DNA from: Camelus dromedarius
Taxonomy: Eukaryota
Direction of reading: 5' to 3'
Assembly (NCBI RefSeq): GCF_036321535.1
Contig: NC_087436.1
Location: forward strand, 103,914,001-103,978,000
Length of the DNA: 64,000 nucleotides
Under the pieces are notes generated by a model. That model searched no databases. It had not been told where the DNA came from and was given only the letters and a program-made list of their open reading frames with translations. Below are positions 26,161 through 39,068 of this stretch, piece by piece (position 1 is the stretch's first letter; the number at the start of each line of letters is the position of its first letter). The position numbers and the translations under genes are program-made.

Positions 26161-28616
26161 GAGGGAGGGAGGAGGAAGGGAGGCTGGTCGATCTTGAACA
26201 ACAGGGATCATGTTTTATTCGTTTTTGTATGTATCGTGCCTGAGATGAATAGTGTCCACTCTATGAAAGGAATGACTAAGAAGTGAAAAGTGGACTCAAG
26301 GTAAAAAGTAACTGGCAAAAGAAATTAAGATGGGAGAAGGAAGAGAGCTGAAGACAGAAGGGCAGGAACACACATATGATCATGATCCACCAGCTGGAAG
26401 GAGGCCAGGACTTGCCTCTTCCATCTTGGCAGCTCAAGTTATCAGCAAGTACCCAGCACACAGCAAGGACTATAGCCACATTTATACAGTGACTGAACCG
26501 AATACTACTCACCTTGGATGACCTATGATTACTAACATTCATATTATGACATGCATGTTTATTGCTTCTGACATGTATTTATTTTAATACATTTCAGATA
26601 TACATATTAGATGGCTGAATGTAATCAGCCTTTTCTACGCACTTTACTCACACACATGTGTGAAGACTGTCTTTGATACAGTACAAGCTCTCAGAAGGTA
26701 CAATATCCCCTGGGCAAATAAGGACTTAAGTGATGCTTTCATTTACTACAGTCACATCTACTGCGTAATTTTTAAGTGCTTTTACAGTTTGATGGTGGAC
26801 AGTGCTAACAGAGGTTAAGAGGCAGTTTAGATAGAAGAAATGACTCAGAAATCAATCACTGGTGGGGACCTTTCTGCTACGCTTCTTTTTGGAGAAGATG
26901 TCCATTAATCACACAGCATATATCACTGTGAGGCTGCTTAGCTTCCAGAGCCAGAAGCTGATTTAGTTAAAATTTTATGAATTTACTTTCTATTCTGCTG
27001 TGTTGTTTGGCTGCTTTGTATGTGAAATTCTAACCTAGGTTTAAAATATTTCAAAAACAAGTTTCTAAAAGTCTAAATAATGTGTGGAAAGAATACTGAT
27101 CTACACTGGGAGACCTAGATTTCTGTCCTGGTCCTGCAGTTAATCAGCTGTACAACCGTGGGCAAATCACTTAATTTTACCAGACCTCAATTTTCCTGTC
27201 TAAGTAAGAGAATTTAATTAATCTCTGATATTACTTATAGTTCTAACACCCTAACTCCAAAACATAATAAACTGAAATGCTGCTTCTTTTGCCTAACAAG
27301 TCAAAGTTAGAGTATATAATGGTCCAGTGCACCTTAAGATCGCCCATTTTTTCTAGAGCATATATTTTTTGGAATGTTCAACTTAACTGTATGCACTATT
27401 TATGTTATTTTCCTATTTTTCTATTTTTCCCATAGTGATGTGTAGTTGAATTCCTGTAAATTTAATGCAAGTATAGCAAGACCTAACTCAAGGTAAGGTT
27501 TAAAGGAGCATACGTGTGCGACAATACGCAGAACATAAAATATCAGTAAAGAGTAAATGCTTTTATTATTATTTTGTAAGGATTCTGGTGGTTCAACACT
27601 TAAAAGACTAAAATGGAGAGGAAGAAAAGTTTGTTGAATCTGAACTCTTCTCATATTTATGAGCTAACTGAATTTTTGACAGTGCTCTTTGAAATGAGGA
27701 CCGAACATTTCCATCAACGCAAAGAACTCTCCTGGACAGCAGAGCTCCAGAGTTTTCCTCCTAATTTCCATACCTCACACACATTTAGTTCTGTCGGTAA
27801 AGCCATCTTCCTGGTAACTATAGCTGTACTCCAAAGACTAGACAAAAAAGCTAACCGTAAAGTGCTAACCAAGCAAAGCTGCATCAGATTCTTCAGCGGC
27901 AATGAGGACACAAACCTTGGGTTACCTCCTTAGGATATGTTATAATGATCGCTGGCTAATCATAAAATTCACCTTCACTAGTAGATGAAACAATTATGTG
28001 TGAAAAATGATTACTTGAGGCTGATGTTGACAGAAGAATCACATGACAGTCACCAAGGCTCATGCAGAGTGTCTAATCCATTCCCTTTGGTTTTATTTCT
28101 CTTATGAGAACAGACTTCAGGGCCACACGGCTACTAAGTGGCAAAATGAGAAACTAATGCCAGTTTTTCTGTCACTTAATACCATCTATTCCAAAGAAGA
28201 AGATGGTTTAGAGAGAGAGATCGCCAATAGCAACAGGTCTCACTGAGCACTGGCGTCCTCGGGTTGGACAATACACTGTGGCTATATCCACTTTATACAA
28301 AAAAAAAAACAAAAAACAAAACCTGTTATGAATATAATTTCTTCCTTCAAATTCCTGACATTTTCTTAAACTTTTAGTATCTGATACTGCCTGTTTGCAG
28401 CAAGTACTAGCACATAACAGAACAAATCACTAAGCGGCAACAAATATTTTAAAACCTGTCAGTTATATTTAATATTTCTTTGTGCTCAAGCTTATTTAAG
28501 CCCATGCCTTTATATTTCACATATAAAACTGTTCATAAGACAAGTTTATGTTCTGAGACTTGAGTCAGTTGTGTACAATGGCCTCTGAACAGTTATATCT
28601 GAAAATATCCTATGCC

Positions 28617-29209
28617 TCTGGTGGGCAGAATTCTAAGATGGTCCCCAGATTCCCAGCCCTGGTATACACACATCTTCTCTCAGTTAGTTATTCAATCAAA
28701 CACTAATCTAGGTGCTGCTATGAAGGGATTTTGTAGGTGTAATTAGGCTCCAAACCAGTCGATCTTAATATAGGTAGATTACTATCCAGCTTAAGCCTCT
28801 TGAATTTGGAGAGATAAAGGAAATCAGAGATGCAAAGCAAAGGAGGGCTTTGCCAGAAGGGAAATTCTCTGCTGCTGCCTTTGCAGATGGAGACCACGTG
28901 GAGCAAGGAACAGTGGGCCCCGTCTCGAAACGGAGAGCAGCCCCTGAGCTGAGAGCAAGCACGGAAAACAGAACGTCAATGCTATAACCACATGAAACTG
29001 AATTCGGTCACAACCAAGTGAGCATTGATGAGGCCCCCCAAGCTACAGATAAGAACAAAACCCAGCCAGCAAACTGATTTTAGCCTTGTGAGCGGAAAAC
29101 TGAGCCACACCAAACTTGGACTTCGGTGTACAGAACCGAGAGCTAATAAATGGGTGTTAGAAGCCACTAAGTCTGTGGTAACGTCATGCAGCAACGGAAA
29201 GTGAACACA
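28617..29209 (+). mobile_element. MaLR LTR (MLT1E-like), near full length, about 70 nt from the penultimate-exon donor
   Basis: ggtgggcagaattctaagatgg...attcaatcaaacactaatctaggtgctgct...aagccactaagtctgtggtaa...gaacaca. Confidence 0.8.
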
Positions 29210-29281
29210 ACAGAGCCCTCCTCCCCACCCTCCTCCCACTGCCCAGCCCAACATGTACTGTAGTTAATTCACGGCTAATAC

Positions 29282-29555
29282 CATTGCTTTTCAGCTGAGA
29301 AGTAAATGGCCTCATCCTCCTCTTCATTTCGATAAAGAGCAGGGCAACTGGACACTGAGAGGATATCTGGATCAGGGGAAGGCAGCGAGTGCTGCGTGTG
29401 CGGGGGGTGGTGGGGGTGCCGGGCGTGCGCCAGGGGCGCGGCGTGCGGAGGGGGCTGGGCGCGCTGGGGCTGCGGCGAGGCCGGCACCACGCTGCGGCGG
29501 GAGCGGCACAGGCTGCTGCTTCTGGCCAGTGATCCGGCGGGCTTAGCCATGGTCC
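29282..29555 (-). CDS. STIM2: STIM2 penultimate coding exon (274 nt): Pro/His-rich region (GTMAKPAGSLARSSSLCRSRR...AIYFSAEKQW)
   Basis: Within ORF 29275..29586; AG at 29556-29557, GT at 29280-29281; phases fit neighbours. Confidence 0.95.
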
Positions 29556-31169
29556 CTGAAAACCAAGCATAAAAAAATAAACACACTCGTAAAATCCAGT
29601 GCTCCTTTCACGCACACTACAAACACACGCCGAAGGGAACTGACGTTACTACTATGTCAGCATTTAATCTACCTTTATTCAAGTAAGTAACTGCCCAAGT
29701 ATTACCACCCTCCATCCACCTGTACCACTTCTCAGGAAAGTTAAGAAATAAAGGAGAGAGAGAGAAAAGAATGTAACACAAATGAAAACAGGTCTAAAAA
29801 ATAAACAGAAGTACAAATACGTGAGGTTTTTTTCATATAAAAAACATCAATTCTTAAACATTTACAAAAGAGAATAAATCTTTAAATTTAAAAATCAACA
29901 TAGCATATTTATAAGGCATCTGTACTTTGTTGCAAATCTTTTAATGAATTTTAATATTAAAAGAAGAAAAACACAGGTTGGATTTTTCAATGGCTATTTC
30001 TTGAGATAGCCCAACTTGTTTGAACTTTGAGAAATCTTAAATCAAGGATTATTTAAATATGGTATATACAGTTTTCCGAGTCAGGAAGAGTTCTGACCAA
30101 AACTGAGCAGACCTCAAGAGAACACTGACCACTGTGGAACTAACCAGAAGTCTTAGACTACCTTGTTCCTGCTACCAGTCTCAGTCTAGACCCACGCAGG
30201 TAGTAAACAAACTTCCTCTACGTGCTCAGATCTTCACTGGATGGGTATTTCATTTCTTTGCCTTAATTGAAACATAGCTCTCCTAAGAACAACCTTTCCA
30301 AGCTGAAGCTGTTCATTCTTATGCACCTCACCTCATGTACTACAGCATCAGATCATCAGGTTGATGGTCTTCCCACTCCCCAACACTGTCTGTACACCCT
30401 TACTCCCACATCCTTTTATAAAAACATGTTCCTCTGAAGCTCACATTTTTAGGCCACGTGTATCTTTCACTTCCACTTCATCAGTCGCTTCCTGGTCATT
30501 CTCTCTCTTACCAGTCCATCCAGCCTATCGTCAACCGGAACAATCTCCTCTCTGAGACGTACCCAACACCATAACCAACCGTGGTTTTCATCTCTTCTCA
30601 CCAGACATGAGCCTCCACCCACTCTCATGCCCTGCCTCGTCTTGCCATCATTCAGAATTGCTCCATTTTTAAAATAATAAGTTTAAGACATCAATTTAGA
30701 TTCTGACCACATTTCTACCTCATTATTTCACACATTCTGCTCCCTTTCACTGAAGGCTGACAGCCACCCCCACCTGCAACTTATAAGTAGTTAAATGAAA
30801 CACTGAAATTCACTATATAGAAGTTAACTTCTAAGATAATAATTTTAACTTCTAAAAAATAATTTTTCATTCTAATATCAATAATTACACATGAAAGCAT
30901 AGCCATTTACTATGACACTATTTTGCAAACTATATTTTCTTACGACAAGATAAAATCTGGTTTTCAATAAGGGAGTACCCCCTGCCACCAACAACCAAAA
31001 ATAATAATTAATATATGAACTAATAGTTTTAGTAATACAGCAGTCAAAGAAATCTGACCACCATTCCCAGCCCCTAGTCACACACTTTAAATACCTTTAA
31101 ACACTTCAATATGCTGAATAAAATCTAACAATAGTTTTAAATGCATAGCTGAGTTTGCAAGAAAGAAGA

Positions 31170-34100
31170 CAAAATTCTCAGATGCCAAAGCAGAGGGACT
31201 AAAAGTCAGAGCTAACAGGCCTGTGAGTGACACTGGAACTGCTGTGGGAGGTTCTGGGTCTCAGTAATGTAAAGATTTGGGTTTTAATTTGGGGATATAA
31301 ATGATGTCCTGAGCCCATATGAGGTAAGGAGAGGAATTGTGAGTGAGAGTTCTGGATAAGAGCCTGGGCCCAGATGGGCTACATTCCTCAATGGGAGGGT
31401 GTATTAGGGAAAAACTCTGATCAATGAGCAAGGGAACTTCCTTCACTGCATGCTCTCTGGATACAGGAGTTTTAAAAGGTTCTTGTGAAAAACTCAATAC
31501 TCTGGGTATTCAATACTCAAACCCAATACGAGCTAACTCATACTAGCTCAAGTTTATACTACCCAAAAGGGTCTGTGAAATCTAAATCCAAAAGGTTAAC
31601 CAAAGAAATGGTCCTGAGTAGGGGAAGCCCTTGAAACTACTGCCAGAAGCAAAAGAAACGACGTTGAGGACTACTCCTTCTCACTAATGCTTTCCATGGG
31701 GGAGGAAAAAAAGCAAGACCCTTTAAGATAGCTTACTAAAAAAACTATGACACAGGAGAAGGCAATCTAGTAACCAAACTGAAGGAACAGCTACATTAAT
31801 CTATCAAGAACATCAAATAATACAATTATCCAAAAAAAGTAAAAATTAACGATGTTTAAAACCATTCAACTATAAAATAAAAATTGAAAAGTATGAGCAA
31901 AGATCAAGGCATTAAAAAAACAGGCAGAGTTAATAAAGACTCAAGGAGAACCAATGAAAACAGTCACTAAAATTAAAAATTCAAAGAATAGGTTGAACAA
32001 AATTAGAGCTGAAGAAAGAACAAGTACACTAGAAGGCAGACCTGAAGAAATTTCTCTGACTGCAGCAAAATTAGATAAAAAGAAAGGTAGAGATGTGTAG
32101 GATAAAATAAGATCCAATATATAAGTAATAGGCTAATACTAGTCTTAATATTTCTATACAACTAATATCCTAGTAGGCACGAATAGAGAGAAAATAATAT
32201 TCAAAGAGAAAAATGGCTAATTTTTCCATTTCCTTAATTGAAAAAAAGATACACATCTTCAGATTCAATAGCACGCCAAATATCACGGAAAAATTTCCAC
32301 ACCTAATTAGATTATAGTGAAATCATATAACAAAAGAAAATGAAAACATCTTCTAAGCAATCAGAAAGAAATAAGAAATTACCTAAAAACAACTACCTGA
32401 ACAGATTACATGGAACACTGACTAAAACTTCTCAACAGTAACAATAAGAAGCCTGAAAATAATGACAAATATTTTCAAAATACTCTGGGAGAAATCACTG
32501 CTAATCTAGAATCTGATATCCAGTTAAACTATTATTTTCAAGTGAGAGTGAAAATAAAGACATTTTCAGGCAACGACTGAGAGAATTCACCACTCCCAGC
32601 TGCTCAATGAAAGAACTTTTACTAAAGAATGTATTTTCAAAGAAGGGGGAAAAAAGGAAAGAGTAAAAAGCAAAATGCAATGATGAACAAAAACAAAACA
32701 AAACAAAACAAAATGCAATGATGAACAGAGAAACACATTAAGTATTTCCGAACAGTGACTGAATAAAACAATTGAAAAATGGCTTTTGCAAGAAACATAT
32801 TAAAAGTTGGAAACATTTTAAAACTAGATGATAATCAAACTACACATATCAAAACTTGCAGATTCAGTTAAAGTGGTTCTTAGAGGGAAACTCATAGCCA
32901 TAAAATCATACATTAAGGGAAAAGGGAGGGCTGAAAATTCACAAGCTAGGTGTCTAAATATTAAAAACAAACAAATGAAGTAAATTCCAAAAAAAAAAAA
33001 ATAATAATAAAAGATAAGATCAGAAATAGAGAATATCAACAAAACCAACCAAGTTATTAGCTCTCTGTAGAATCAAAGAGTGAAATAAAATAGACAAATT
33101 GTGTCAGATTAATAAAGTGAGGAGAAATTAAAAGAAGATGTAAAGATGTGAGTTTTTTTTAGCCATATAAAATACTATGGACAACTTTAAGCCAACAAAT
33201 TTTGAAACTCAGATAAAACAGACAATATTTTAGAAATACATAACTTAATAATCTAGACTTAGAACCATTATAAGAAATTGAATCAATAATTTTAAAATCT
33301 GTCTCCTTCCCTCATGCCAACACACAGAGCTCAATTTATAGGCAATCTCTTCAAAATATTCATGGAATAATCTGTATCTTATATTTCAGAATACAGAATA
33401 AACTTCAAAGCATATACTGAGGATTATTATGGGCCAGGGTCTGTTCTAAGTGTTTTAGGAGTAGTATTTAATTTAAATTACATGAAAACTTCACAAGATA
33501 GGTTACATTTTACAAACAAGGAAGCTGAGACTCAGAGAGAGTACCTCTCAAAAAGTTACACAAATAAAAAATAATGTTTTGTGAGAGACTGAAAACAAAA
33601 CAAAATACTAGACAACATTACATATATATGTAGGAGTAAGGATAGGATAGGATAAAATGGACGAGTAAGGATTCAAACCCAAGGAATCTTGTTTCAGAGC
33701 CCAAATTCTTAAGTACTACATTGCCTCTGTAAGAGTAGGGAAAAAATTGAAATGGAAGAAAAAGGAGTATTCCTTGGTTTATTTTATGATGCTAATGTAA
33801 TCTTGATATCAAAATCAAAGAGTGTCAGGAAGGAAAATTACTGAATAATTTAATGTATGATTAAAAATGTAAAAACCCTAAATAAAATAATATAGCAAAC
33901 CAAATCTAATTATTGTAAAAACAGAACATTGTGACAAAAATAGCTTCACTGACATTTAAAGGAATGCATTTAAACAGATTAAAATTCAACACAATAAAAA
34001 AAGAAACAAGCAAATACCTCAAATTATACAGAATAATTTGGATATAACTGAATCACTCTGTTGTATACTAGAAATTAACACAACACTGAAAACCAACTAT

Positions 34101-35350
34101 ACCTCAATTATAAAAAAGAAAAAGAATTTGGTAAAGTTGATTTAAAAGAAAAACCATTCTTAGCAAAATAGAAATAGAGATTAATTTCCTTAACTTAAAA
34201 GTGATCCATGAAAAACAGAGCAAAAGAAAAAAACAAAACACTTTATGATGAAATACTGGACGCATTCTATTTAAAGTCAGAAACAGCATTCACCATTTGC
34301 CTGCAATCACCTTAGCACTTTAATTCAACATTTTACTAGAGGTCTTAGATTGGGTTAACAATTGGAAAGCAAAAAACAACTCATTATTATTGTCCACACA
34401 AAAAAATCCAAGACACTTGCATAGAAGAATTCAGTGTTTCTGTATACAAAATCAGTGTACTAAAATCAACAGCTTTTCCCTACATATCAGCAACAAGCAA
34501 CTGAAGTGTAACTTTTTAAAGAAAGGTAACACAAGTAACTAAAAACAAAAAACAAAAAACAAGCTATACGGTATCTAAAAATTCAGTAGTCATCAAAGAA
34601 ATAAAAATTCTAATAGCACTAAGATATCATATAACTCCCATTCAAGTTACAAAACAGATAAATCAGATCATTCCAAGTATTGGTAAGGATACAGGCAGAC
34701 AGGCACTCTTAAAAACAGTTAAGTGTGTAAACTGACAGAACCATTCTGAAAGCAACTTGGCGACAACTAGTAAGAGGTGCCTTCCCAAGGACTTGGTGAT
34801 CCATTTCTAGGTGTCTACCCAGAGAAACTCTCAAAGTTAGGAACAAGGAGATAAGAGATAAGGATGCTCATTTGCAGTATTGGTTGCAAGGGCAAAAAAG
34901 TAGAAAGAACTTATTTGAGAAGAAAAATGGATAAACTGTGGTTATTATTATAATAAATAAACAGATACACTGTGGTTAACTTATGTTAAACAGTTGAAGT
35001 GAATTTAACTAATTTATATATATATATAAACATGGAAATTTTCTAAAACATACCTTGAAGCAAAAAGAGTTGAAAAATGATACCTACAGTTTGATGACAT
35101 TTATGTATATTTTTCTACAAACAACAGTTGTATCTATTACTTATATATAGATATATCTGCATGTAATAAAAGCACAACAGGCTTAGATTCCCACTTAGAA
35201 TAGTGGGAAGGGGAGGTGATGTGTTTTCCTTTTCAGAGGAAAAGAAAGATGAATAGAGCAAAAATACTGAAATCTGTTTACCTTTGTAGTAGATGGGCAA
35301 TTCATTTTCAGAACTTTTAAGCACATCTAAAGTGCTTTATAATAAGAAAC
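31170..35350 (+). mobile_element. Degenerate old L1 (ORF1/ORF2/3' remnants), antisense to STIM2, with nested MIR (about 33420-33730) and a short younger L1 3' tail (about 34040-34122)
   Basis: A-rich L1-like text (gctgaagaaagaa..agt..actagaag; tatccagttaaactatt.ttcaag; cttagagggaaa.tcatagc); tataactgaatcact...ttgtatac.agaaattaacacaacact resembles an artiodactyl L1 3' end. No intact ORF. Confidence 0.75.
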
Positions 35351-37510
35351 TTTAAATAAATTACAACTACATTCCCACTATGAATATTTAGTAGATACTA
35401 TAAAGGTAATAGGAAAACAATTATCATCTGTTCTCCTATCCACACAGAGCTAACACTTGATAATATGTTTTTTAATTTATACATAATTAAATATAGACAG
35501 TATTATTCTGAGTATGGTTTTACAATCTCTTACTTTGCTACTAATGCACCACAGGCAGGTTTCCTTGTCATTACTTCATACTTAGACCAATTACACACAC
35601 CCATGGTGCAGATTTAGACCACTCAAAAGGATATATAATGGAGAGCCTTCATCCTACTCTAGACTCTGGTCCTACTGCCAAGTCTTTATGCTTTTATAAC
35701 TAGAGTGGAGTATTACTTTTGTGCCACTGGGTGGAGATAGAGCTCTCGAAGTATACTCTGGCAAAAGTTATTTTTTCAGGGATAATAAACTCCAGCATTT
35801 CTAAAACATTATATTGAACTTAAAATCAACTCTTGTACCTTTTTATATTTAAAAGTTCACATTTCTCTGTATATCACAATCACTAAAAACTTAAATTATT
35901 CACATCTAGTGTTAAGTGTTTTATTTTAATGCACATATGGACAGCCTGTCCCACCAAAAAGTACTTACAGACACGAAAAGCAAAGTAAAGAACTACTTAG
36001 CTTTAGGGGATACATCTAGGCACACTTCGGATACTGAACAAGTACGGATTCTGAGGAGGAACTGCAACTCCAAAAAGCTATCATTTTCAAACAAAATCAT
36101 ATACTGATGAATCAGTGCTGCATATGGCAAGCTTAAGGACACATAATTCAATTAAACATAGGTTGCTAATATTCAAACAGCGGAGCTGGCCCAGATATAG
36201 ATTAAACTTTGCAACCATCACTATCTTGCAGCACAGGGCAAGTGAAAGGACTGAGGTCACACGCTGCCAGTATTCACTGCATTTACAATCTGTCCTTCCG
36301 ACCCTCCTCTTGTATGAGTTTAGTGTCTCCCCAGTCTGCTTGCATTATGTCTGCATTAAACTATATAATTAAAATCACAGAAATGAACACAAGCGCATAG
36401 TCACTGACTAATTATTTGCAAACTTAGGGCTTTATTTAATAACATTGTTTTGAAGTTAGAACCCTTCCTAAATCATAACTTTAGGAAAGCTGTAACAATG
36501 GGACAGAAAAATTCAAATTGGAGAATGCTCATATATCATGATTTGTCTCAAAGATGAAATTTCTGTGAAGTTTTCAACAGATCAGTGATTAAATTTTGCT
36601 CTCCATTCTTTGGACTCTTGTTCTATTTACACTGTTTCAAAAAGGTTATAAAGACTGAGAAATGAATCAGGCAGGTAATAATAGGAATAAAGAGCTTTTC
36701 AAGTGATTTCTACTACAAGACATATACCATTTTAAATTTAAACTCTGTAATGTTGCAAGAAGTCTAAATATTTATAAATAAATTCTATAATTAATAATAT
36801 CTAAAATACTTAAATTTCACCTTCCTATCAAAATGTATTCTTTATATTGTAAACATTTTCAAAGAAGACAGTGTTTATAAAAGAATTATAATAAAAATTG
36901 TACATGTTAAAACCACCTTTGGGAGAAGCTCCACTTTCTAGCAACAAAAAAAAAGTACGTTTTCTAAACACAAACACAATTTAATTTTCTTTAAAGGTAA
37001 ACCGATTTAGTGCTTCATGCGTCAAATACAGCAGGGTAATACACTTAATAAAAGTGTAGAACTGGGAAAGCAAAACAAAATACTATGAAACGTGCCTATT
37101 GGGAATGGCAACTCAAGTTAAAATAAACCAACTGGCTCAAAGTCACATTGTTCAGTGGCAGAACGAGGACTGGAACTCAGGTTTCCAAGGTCTTCCCTAA
37201 TTTTTACTTTCTACCATAGATTAAGCTGCCATATGAAAGGATGTTCTCCCTCAAAGTTCAGCACTTCATTCATACAATTCAGCATGCATGATACGTTATT
37301 ATATATATGTGTGTGTGTGTGTATCTGTGTGTATCACGCATACCTCACATAGTATTCTCAAACAGTAAACACAATAAACAACAAAAAGAAAAAAGAGACA
37401 AGAATGAACACAATTTTCATCATAGATTTCAAAGTAAATGATTCATAAAAGGCACGGTAGAAAGTTACTGTAAAACTGTGCCAGCTCTCTTTTTTGAACT
37501 CACCACTTAC

Positions 37511-37749
37511 CAGGAAACTGTGACACTATTGGGGGAGTATCTTCGTCTAAATCATCGACTCCTCCAGCAATTGGATAGGGTGGAATGGAGACTCTGGGCA
37601 TCACCACCCAGCTGTGATCAGAATACAGGGACGAGGTGAGGCTGGGGAGTCCCGAGTTATGGGCTATCTGAAAGCCACAGATCTTCTCAATCTGTTGCCA
37701 GCGAAAAAGTCGTTCTCGTAAACAAGTTGTCAACTCAGAGAGAGCTTTC
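37511..37749 (-). CDS. STIM2: STIM2 coding exon (239 nt): KALSELTTCLRERLFRWQQIEKICGF...DDLDEDTPPIVSQFP (end of SOAR, acidic inactivation-domain region)
   Basis: Within ORF 37500..37805; AG at 37750-37751, GTaagt at 37509-37510. Confidence 0.96.
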
Positions 37750-37988
37750 CTGGAAAAGCCAGTACAGGGATTACTTGCTGCCTCCAAGAGCCTTGAATAC
37801 ATCACTGAAAAAAGGCAACTACATGAACAGGCCAGGGTAAGTAACCAGTTTCAAGAAATTACCCCCTCTTAGAATTAGTATAAAATATGTAAAAGTTTAT
37901 GGTTAAATGACAAGTTAAAACATAAGTTGTCTATAAGTTACACATGTCAACACAGTAAGAACAGACAGATGGCTGCGGCAGCGCCTTA

Positions 37989-38090
<102 letters not shown>

Positions 38091-38495
38091 CTAAAAACCC
38101 AAGGTGAGAGAAGTGAGACTGGGTTGGGAAAAATACACACATGCTAGTGAGGTTTCTTTTGTTTTGAATATATCAGTAATCATAAAACCAATGGAGATAA
38201 TTATGAGCCAAGATATAGTCCTACCTTCCAAAGAAGAAAACAGATGAGGGAGAAAGCATGCTTTCCTAAGACAAACTTTGTTCTGGAGGCTTTCTCTCTT
38301 ATTTTCATGAATCAAAAAAAGACCTGAATCTTCTATTAAAACCAGAAGAATAACATGAACTATAACCTACTGCAACGGAGGTGTTAGTGAGTGAACTGAG
38401 TTTTCTGTTGTTGTTCTTCTAGAAATCAGATCAAGACTCAATCTAATTTCACACAATTATTAACAGTCAGACATTAATTTCTAGTAACTACTAAC

Positions 38496-38519
38496 CTGAA
38501 TCAGATATGAAGTAGCAAC
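38496..38519 (-). CDS. STIM2: Alternative 24-nt cassette microexon of STIM2.1/STIM2beta, encoding VATSYLIQ within SOAR/CAD
   Basis: Minus strand reads gcttttctcctctAG|GTT GCT ACT TCA TAT CTG ATT CAG|GTtagt. It is phase 0/0, lies between the ...AKDE and AEKIK... exons, and is 7/8 identical to the human VAASYLIQ insert as recalled. Confidence 0.92.
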
Positions 38520-38753
38520 CTAGAGGAGAAAAGCTCCGTATAAAACATTTATGATAATGATAATAGGGCTGATTTTTACAGGATATGAAGTTCATTCTGA
38601 AAGGTATATACTTCTCTAAATAAAGTAATTTTACCTTGCAGCCTAGGATTACAGGGTCAATTTATGCAATGAGTTCCAATTCATGAAAAGAATCTGTGAT
38701 ACTAAAAATTTTATTCAGATCTTTGTATCTCAACTGGTTAGTTAAACCCTCTA

Positions 38754-39068
<315 letters not shown>

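Noticed and set aside
24768..29279. STIM2.3-type alternative exon in the last intron, including a strong donor AAG|GTGAGT at 26507-26515
   Set aside because: No convincing upstream acceptor or polypyrimidine tract and no recognisable peptide; that isoform is described as primate-restricted.
29184..29615. 143-aa alternative-frame ORF over the Pro/His exon
   Set aside because: Stop-codon scarcity from extreme GC; the frame does not fit splice phases.
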